From contig OZ024742.1 in NCBI GenBank assembly GCA_964016885.1, positions 307,582,001-307,646,000 of the forward strand: a stretch of 64,000 nucleotides of DNA. Reading direction: 5' to 3'. Of this stretch, positions 57,594 through 64,000 are shown piece by piece (the first letter of the stretch is position 1; the number at the start of each line of letters is the position of its first letter). The notes below the pieces were generated by a model. It was not told where the DNA came from. It saw only the letters and a list, made by a program, of their open reading frames with translations, and searched no databases. Source of the stretch: Eledone cirrhosa. Its lineage: Eukaryota. The position numbers and the translations under genes were made by a program.

Positions 57594-57723
57594 TAAAAGT
57601 TGTTTTATAGATAGTGACATATTCAAAACAAGAACTTATCGTGTTAAGTTCTGTTTGAATAATCAAACAGAACTAAGATAAGTTCTTGTTTTGAATATGT
57701 CACTATCTATAAAACAACTTTTA

Positions 57724-57785
57724 TATTTTATCTGATGAGAACGTACCAAAAATGTTGGTACCCTTGAAATATATATAATAAGATA
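57724..57785 (+). ncRNA. minimal type I hammerhead ribozyme, intact core
   Basis: TATTTTAT-CTGATGA-GAACGTACCAAAAATGTTGGTACCCTT-GAAA-TATATA-TA|ATAAGATA. Predicted cut after 57777. Confidence 0.85.
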
Positions 57786-57892
57786 AATATGGTTTTATAA
57801 AGATAGTTTCCATTTATTAATACTTTTGATATAGTCGCATATATGTTATAGAATGCCGTTAGCTTCTTGCTAAAACAATCTCTATACGTCTC

Positions 57893-57937
<45 letters not shown>

Positions 57938-58109
57938 ATGAATAAACAAAGAAACAGTTCCTTATATTAAAAAATTCATCATTTTACGATCGTTTCTAGG
58001 ATATATATGTTAGTGTTGGTATGCATATCCTATAGATCTGTGTAAAATGTTTACAAACTATCAGAGGGAATATACATACCTACACATATATATGCTGTCT
58101 TCTACATTA

Positions 58110-58147
<38 letters not shown>

Positions 58148-58275
58148 GAAGGAGGTGAGTTTTATTGATTGTAGCACAATAAAGCAATGCAAATATCGGA
58201 TAAGTAGCACTCTACAGTTTGTAGGACTGGAGTATAAATAATATAAGATCAAAAGATGGTTAAAAGAGTTCCAAG

Positions 58276-58346
58276 TATTTTATTGTGCGCATTTCAAAAA
58301 TAAATATCATCATGGGATGATATCTGCGTTCTCATCAGATAAAATA
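58276..58346 (-). ncRNA. hammerhead ribozyme motif, cleavage-site U mutated to C (probably inactive)
   Basis: Minus strand: TATTTTAT-CTGATGA-stem II-GAAA-TGCGCA-CA|ATAAAATA. The partner arm has TA at this site. Confidence 0.75.
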
Positions 58347-58457
58347 GGGATACATGATATGAAGCTTAAAAAACACTTGTGAATAGTGAAGTTATAAATC
58401 AACATATGTTGATTTAAAACTTCACTAGTGTTTTTTAAGCTTCATATCATGTATCCC

Positions 58458-58528
58458 TATTTTATCTGATGAGAACGCAGATATCATCCCATGATGATAT
58501 CTGTTTTTGAAATGCGCATAATAAAATA
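58458..58528 (+). ncRNA. minimal type I hammerhead ribozyme, intact core
   Basis: TATTTTAT-CTGATGA-GAACGCAGATATCATC CCAT GATGATATCTGTTTTT-GAAA-TGCGCA (palindrome)-TA|ATAAAATA. Predicted cut after 58520. Confidence 0.9.
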
Positions 58529-58550
58529 CTTGGAACTCTTTAAACCATCT

Positions 58551-58636
<86 letters not shown>

Positions 58637-58665
58637 AATGGAAACTATATTTATAAAAGCATATT

Positions 58666-58727
58666 TATTCTATTATATATATTTCAAGGGCACCAAAAAC
58701 TTTGGTACGCTTTCATCAGATAAAATA
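58666..58727 (-). ncRNA. minimal type I hammerhead ribozyme, intact core
   Basis: Minus strand: TATTTTAT-CTGATGA-AAGCGTACCAAAGTTTTTGGTGCCCTT-GAAA-TATATA-TA|ATAGAATA. Confidence 0.85.
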
Positions 58728-58845
58728 CAAAATGCGTTTTATAAATTTTGACATAGCCAAGGAACATTATCAGTTGAATTTTCCTTGGATAGTCACTGAT
58801 AAGGTATGTTCCTAGGCTATGTCAAAATTTATAAAACACACTTTG

Positions 58846-58907
58846 TATTTTATCTGATGAAAGCGTACCAAAGTTTTTGGTACCCTTGACATATATATAA
58901 TAGAATA
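58846..58907 (+). ncRNA. hammerhead ribozyme motif with GAAA>GACA core mutation (probably inactive)
   Basis: TATTTTAT-CTGATGA-AAGCGTACCAAAGTTTTTGGTACCCTT-GACA-TATATA-TA|ATAGAATA. Confidence 0.75.
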
Positions 58908-59040
58908 AATATGGTTTGATAATATAGTTTCCATTTATTTAATATCATTGAATATTTACTACAGAAAGCTGTCGAGTGCTCTGAATCAGTTATAAACATT
59001 TATATTTGTTGAATTTCCAACAAATTAAATATCCCTTCTG

Positions 59041-59042
<2 letters not shown>

Positions 59043-59139
<97 letters not shown>

Positions 59140-59155
59140 GTATATATATATATAT

Positions 59156-59198
<43 letters not shown>
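59043..59198. repeat. (TA)n tract abutting the PLE 3' end
   Basis: Seen directly. Confidence 0.98.
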
Positions 59199-59200
<2 letters not shown>

Positions 59201-59375
59201 AATTAGTAAATTTGTATTCCAATGTTACTAAGTAGTTGCATTGGATGGAGTCAACCGACGTCAGAGATTGCTCAACGTATAATAAAGTGTGTTTTAAAAT
59301 CCGGAGACAATATGGAGAAGAAGTTTATGAAATGGAAATGCGGGTATACAGAATTTATTAGGTAATAATTGTTTC
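59198..59375 (-). repeat. 3' pseudo-LTR (direct repeat of 62216-62393)
   Basis: 178 bp, 3 mismatches counted by eye, offset 3018. Confidence 0.95.
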
Positions 59376-59476
59376 TATAGTGTATGGGTTAACAATACAT
59401 CGCTATTTGAATAATATAAAAATATTATCATAAACCGAAGGTACACTGTAAGCAAACACACCATGTCGTCAGACCT
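59360..59476 (-). ncRNA. type I hammerhead ribozyme motif with a 90-nt stem II region
   Basis: Minus strand: AGGT-CTGACGA-C ATGGTGTGT...ATACACTAT A-GAAA-CAATT(A)-TT|ACCT. The 5' pLTR copy retains the palindromic CAATTG stem III. Confidence 0.7.
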
Positions 59477-59886
59477 TTGTATTGGAATGATATGAAAATA
59501 TTTTATACACTAGATAAAATATAAAGAAGGAGGTAGGAAGAGAAGGGGAAGAGGGAAGTGAGTAAGGTGGAGGGAGTCTTAGGATTTAAGACTGTCAGAC
59601 TAGTAGAGATTGTAAGGAGAGAATGTTTTGGCAGCAGTTAGCCTAATGAGGCGCGTTAGGGTTGGCGGGGGAAGTAAATTCTTCTAGTGGTGTTGTTCGG
59701 ACAAAATTTAGTTAAAGGAGTCAAAGTGGTAGAGTGTCACAGACAAGTTATTGGGGCTATTATAGTAGCAGGTTATTTCTAAAGGGGTCCGGAAAACAGT
59801 GTTTAGTACTATTATTATAGAAAGCCATATCTTGTGTATAAACATATAAAACAGAAATTTGCAAACGGTAGTGTAAAAAGGTAACA

Positions 59887-62170
59887 TTATATGCATTTAA
59901 AAAAAGAAAAAGTCGTTTTCAAACGATAGTTACAGTATAGAGAACGTTCAATTTTGCTGTTCAAAAGTTTGTTTACCGACGTTAAAATGCAGTATATCTC
60001 CAAATTGCATAACTTGCAGAATCGATGATTTTGCTTATATGCAGGCGCAGCTGCAATAATTTGCCAATCAAGGGAGAATGCTTGATTGTTCCTCCGGAGC
60101 TGCCAGGCTTTATCGGCGAGGGTTGTTACGGAGCGCATTTTCTCGTGCCTGATCGAAGATCGATGTTGGTATAGGCGAGCCTTGAAAGAAGTTGCGGTAC
60201 ATCCGACGTAATACCATTTGTTGGTTCCGGAATTTATTGTACATCGGTAGACAATATTGCGTGCTAGGCACTGGTTATTCAGTGGGCACGTACCTGGTTT
60301 GGTGCAGTTACAATTATTTTTATGTTTTGCAGTAGAATCCTGGATAGTTTGGTGGGGTTGTAGTTACGTGTTAGTGCGTTGTATGTTGCTATGCTGGTGC
60401 GCGGAGTCATTAGGGATGTACTTATTCAGTATTGCTGAGTTGAGTTTTTTAATTAGTTGTTCTATGTTAGGTGCAGTGGAGTATGAGAGTCTAATGGTGC
60501 GCGAGTTAAAGATTTTATAGTATTTATGTGAAGTTGTAAAGTGTTTATTGATTAGTGTATAGAATTGTGAGATAATCTTAGTGCTAATAGAAGAATTGTA
60601 CACGGGGTTATACCATATGTACTCTCTACTTCTGACTCTATTTGCTGGTTTGAACCTATTAGTATGCCTATTGATGTGTGTGTGTGGTGCAATACTAGTT
60701 CGACTTAGATGTGTTTTATTCATAGTACTTATGTGGTTATCGTCTAGATATTCTATTTTCTCGCAGTAACCAGCTTTTCTAAGTGCGTCATTATAATATT
60801 CAGCATGCTCGTAGAAGGTCTGCAAATTAGACGATAGTCGGGAGATCCTTATGGATATATTTTTAGGGATAGATTTAATAATGGAATGAGGGTGGTTCGA
60901 TTTTACATTAACGTACTTGAGATTTTCATTAAGTTTGTGAAATGGCTCTATATTACCGTTATTAAGGTTGAAGGTGACATCCAAGAAGTTGACCACCTTA
61001 AGATTGTGTTCGAAGGTAATATTAAGCCCTAGTTCTAAGAAAAGTTTCCTAATGTTTTTACGTCGCCTTTCTAGGTTTTGTTTGTTCATATTCTTGACTA
61101 ATAGAAGTGTATCGTCGCGGTATATTCCGCCGTGGAGGTCCGTAAATTCGCTCTGGAGTCTATGGGCTATATAGATCCCAACCAGATCCGTGACCTCCGC
61201 CGAAACATTAGAACCCATCGTAATGTCGAATTCCGAGGGTCTATCTCTGCGGACCCAATAACTATTTTCAAAGTGCACTACTGTGCGTCTAGCTTCAAGT
61301 ATAATATTAATTTCCTCGTTTGTGAGGTCCGAGTTAGTCTTAGCGAAAGAGAGGGCCTTATGCAGGGTTTCGGGTGAAATAGAGGAATAGTATTCATCTA
61401 TATCGAATTGAATAAAAGAAGATTTGTTTTTGTCCCTAATGTTATTGAACCATCTTATTGCCTGATGAGTATTACCCCATAATTTAATATCTACCTTAGC
61501 CTTAACTTGGGGGATAATACGATCTAATATGTACTTACTAATTCTACCTATATCGTACTTTGAAGGACATATTAATCTAATTTTAGGGTTAGTATCGAAG
61601 TTATCCTTATGGTCCTTCAGATTAAAAGTCGGTGTAGCTGGAGATAGGGGTTACCGTTCTGTCGTCAATTTTCAGTTTCTTAACAATATCACATGCTGCG
61701 TTATTAATGTTGGTTAGTGTAGTTGCGTTTGTTTTTTTGTACTTCCTATGTAATTCCTTACGTATAAAATTATTATATGTTTCCACATCCAGGGTGTATA
61801 GATTCGATGTTTTGTCTGCCTTTATGATAATTCCTTTGGTATTCCTTAGGTTGTCGAGTAGAGTTTTAATATCTCGTTGCAGTTCGTTTTTCCTTCCGTT
61901 TGTAAATTTGATTCCGGTTATCATTTTCATTAAGTCCTGTTCGAAAGAATCCAAAAGAGGGTTAGAGGGTGGGTTTTTGTAGGATTTGAAACCAAACTTA
62001 TCGTTGTTGGTGTCGGAAGTTTGTGTAATCCTTTTCCTATCGAAGTGGAAGGCCCTCCATCTAATCCGCCGAATAAATTCGTTGGTCCTTTGTATCATAC
62101 CAAGAATGTATTCTTTTTTACCCTGAATGGGTATGTTTTTTAAGGACATACCACAATGATGTTTTTCCAT
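59887..62170 (-). pseudogene. PLE polyprotein, reverse transcriptase plus GIY-YIG endonuclease, ~760 aa, with a +1 frameshift near 61647-61650 and an in-frame TAA at 60364-60366
   Basis: Joins ORFs 61622-62170, 60364-61278 and 59887-60138. Motifs: IIIKADKT, LKDHK..NP..RLI, FIQFDIDEYYSSI, MGSNVSAEVTDL, IYRDD, VNFLDVTF, CNCTKPGTCPLNNQC, IVY..YVG..FKARLYQH, CKLCNLE, LLN. Span is 2284 = 3x761+1. Confidence 0.93.
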
Positions 62171-62215
62171 TTCAGAGACGTAGGTTGATAGGTTGCTCGA
62201 CTGTAAAGGAGTGTG

Positions 62216-62393
62216 AAGAATTAGTAAATTTGTATTCCAATGTTACTAAGTAGTTGCATTGGATGGCGTCAACCGACGTCAGAGATTGCTCAACGTATAA
62301 TAAAGTGTGTTTTAAAATCCGGAGAAAATATGGAGAAGAAGTTTATGAAATGGAAATGCGGGTATACAGAATTTATTAGGTAACAATTGTTTC
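62216..62393 (-). repeat. 5' pseudo-LTR, partial, begins at the hammerhead GAAA
   Basis: Direct repeat of 59198-59375. It ends 45 bp upstream of the ATG at 62170. Confidence 0.95.
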
Positions 62394-62435
62394 CTAATAA
62401 ATTCTGTATACCCGCATTTCCATTTCATAAACTTC

Positions 62436-62440
<5 letters not shown>
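62333..62440. repeat. terminal fold-back palindrome of the PLE
   Basis: 62394-62440 is the exact reverse complement of 62333-62379. The centre is AACAATTGTT, and (CT)n(AT)n follows to 62479. Confidence 0.95.
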
Positions 62441-62479
<39 letters not shown>

Positions 62480-63238
62480 GACAACGTCATCAAGGAAAAC
62501 AACACGGAGCAACAATGATTGAATATTCGTTTGACACTTGATGTAGTTGGAAAATTATCATAACGTTTTGAATGTCATTTCGTCGTCGGGAGATAGAATA
62601 AAAGGGACCAGGAAGGGCGTTTGAGAAAGAGCAGAAACAAAAGGGAGATATACGAGAGTCGACAGACAAAGAAAACTGGAGTACGTAGATAGGAAAAAAG
62701 GTGTTATCGTCAGTCAGCATTTTTGACAATATACTGTGATTCCTTTCATGAGTAATAGCGTCGTTCGAAATTGACCGTTACTTATTTGATTAAGCTAACA
62801 ACGATAACATGCAAAGTCCGCCTTGGTGGAAAAATCTATGATCGGTAGTGCATAGTTTCAATCTATAGATTTCTCTTTTATGGACCTAACTCGCTTTCGC
62901 TGCTCCAGTCATGTTAGTATGATTCAGACTCTGTAAGGGTATGGACCTTCATGCCAATTGCAAAGTATGGTGATATCTATATGGATTTTTACGTTTTGAT
63001 TCATGATGTTAAAAGCGAGAAATTTCTGTCAGGTCCGGGTTTTCGGGTTGGTGTGACATTTTCTTAGGAACTGTTCAGTACGAGAATCACAACTCGTTAC
63101 TTCTTGTCATGTTACTAGTTATCTTAGTCGTCGGAACTTTCTTTAAGAGCAAGCCACATATCGAAATGATTGGAAAAAAGAACAAAGACAAAAATAGGAA
63201 AAGATCTTTGAACAATAACAACAACAATGATAATAATG

Positions 63239-63422
63239 ATTTCTACTATAGGCACAAGGCCAGCAATTACTGGTACTTTATTTTATCGACCCCGTAAGGA
63301 TGAAAGGCAAAATTAACCTCGGCGGGATTTGAATCTAGATCATAAAGGGCCGTAACTCTATGCTGCAAAGCATGGCGTCAGACCCTCTATCGATACTGCC
63401 AATCCACCGCCAATCCACCGCC
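63239..63422 (-). mobile_element. tRNA-derived octopus-type SINE with internal deletion and 11-bp head duplication
   Basis: TTCTACTATAGGCACAAGGCC..GGTACTTTATTTTATCGACCCCGTAAGGATGAAAGGCAAAATTAACCTCGGCGGGATTTGAA..CTGCCAATCCACCGCC(AATCCACCGCC). An (AAT/AAC)n tail lies at ~63210-63240. Confidence 0.88.
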
Positions 63423-64000
63423 AAACAACAATGATAATAATGAGAATAATAATAATAAACTAAATCTTCTAGACATATCGTAATAGGTATTTTGAATGCA
63501 AAGTCACTCCTTACTCTTTGCATCTGTTATATGATTATATTACGAACGCATTTTCTTTTTATTGTTGATATAAACTATGCAGATTTAGGTAAAAGCAAAT
63601 AACGAATCATATTTACCGGCAATTGCAAGGCAATAATGGTGTGTAATAGCGAAGACTTTACAAGAACAAGGTAAATATATAGGAATCAATGATAGAGTGG
63701 GCAAATATTCACAGCTGATTTTTGCTTTAAATCTGTGTTTTGTTTTACTTCTTGAAACAGTCCAACTCAATCACCTGAAAACAAGTATTTGAAATGGATT
63801 ACTGGAAACCAAATAACTATTTAGATAGGTTATAATTTTTTCCCAATTGTGTAACGTTAAACTCAATGCTGGGTGTGCTGAAAGTATGAAGCGGTCCAAT
63901 AATCTTTGGTTAAATTTTCAATTAGCTGTGTTGTTGCCCTCGAGTTGAACGTTGTCTAGACAGAGCAACATTATCAAATCACATTGTGTCACTTCAATAT

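Larger units (their letters stand above)
57398..57896. mobile_element. E3: palindromic twin-hammerhead element between (TA)n tracts
   Basis: Inverted arms 57485-57658 / 57663-57832 (~170 bp, 4-nt loop), one hammerhead per arm. Homologous to E5. Confidence 0.85.
58144..58558. mobile_element. E4: palindromic twin-hammerhead element between (TA)n tracts
   Basis: Inverted arms ~58253-58405 / 58406-58551 centred on AACAT|ATGTT with no loop. The unique 3' extension on the left shares AGCACTCTACA..CTGGAGTATAA with E3. Confidence 0.85.
58631..59043. mobile_element. E5: palindromic twin-hammerhead element between (TA)n tracts
   Basis: Inverted arms 58632-58774 / 58795-58940 with a 20-nt loop. The 3' extension 58941-59043 is homologous to the reverse complement of 57398-57500. 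Confidence 0.85.
59198..62440 (-). mobile_element. near full-length Penelope-like retroelement (GIY-YIG endonuclease-positive, Naiad-like)
   Basis: RT plus GIY-YIG ORF, 178-bp direct terminal repeats, hammerhead overlapping the 3' pLTR, 47-bp inverted 5' end, microsatellites on both sides. Confidence 0.93.

Noticed and set aside
57485-58940. MITEs or DNA transposons with TA target duplication
   Set aside because: The inverted arms are not at both termini (one-sided extensions), they contain hammerheads, and they mirror the fold-back end of the adjacent retroelement.
60364-60366. Selenocysteine or programmed readthrough in the PLE ORF
   Set aside because: The stop is TAA, not TGA, and lies in a variable linker. 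A CAA>TAA mutation is the simpler explanation.
60257-61982. Plus-strand ORFs overlapping the PLE
   Set aside because: They are antisense shadows of the RT/endonuclease frame with no motifs.
62690-62720. Hammerhead at minus-strand CTGACGA near 62707-62713
   Set aside because: I found no closing stem II, GAAA or stem I partner.

Overview
Eukaryotic, repeat-only window that looks like an octopus/cephalopod genome, judged from the tRNA-derived SINE families and abundant (TA)n. Bases 1 to ~48,910 are one uninterrupted 76-bp satellite array (~640 copies) with nested multi-monomer duplications and a decayed right edge. The remaining 15 kb holds old SINE and LINE remnants and a (TA)n-rich zone (54.4-62.5 kb) colonised by Penelope-like elements (PLEs). 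One PLE is nearly intact (minus strand, ~760 aa RT plus C-terminal GIY-YIG, Naiad-like, one frameshift and one nonsense codon, 178-bp direct pLTRs, inverted 5' end). Five short non-coding fold-back elements each sit between (TA)n tracts. I read eight type I hammerhead ribozyme motifs here: six as mirror-image pairs inside three ~310-350-bp palindromes, and two with long stem II insertions. Hairpin apices coincide with a ribozyme palindrome or carry copied local sequence, which suggests self-primed fold-back/template-switch synthesis. No host gene is supported. All calls are by eye, with no database search.
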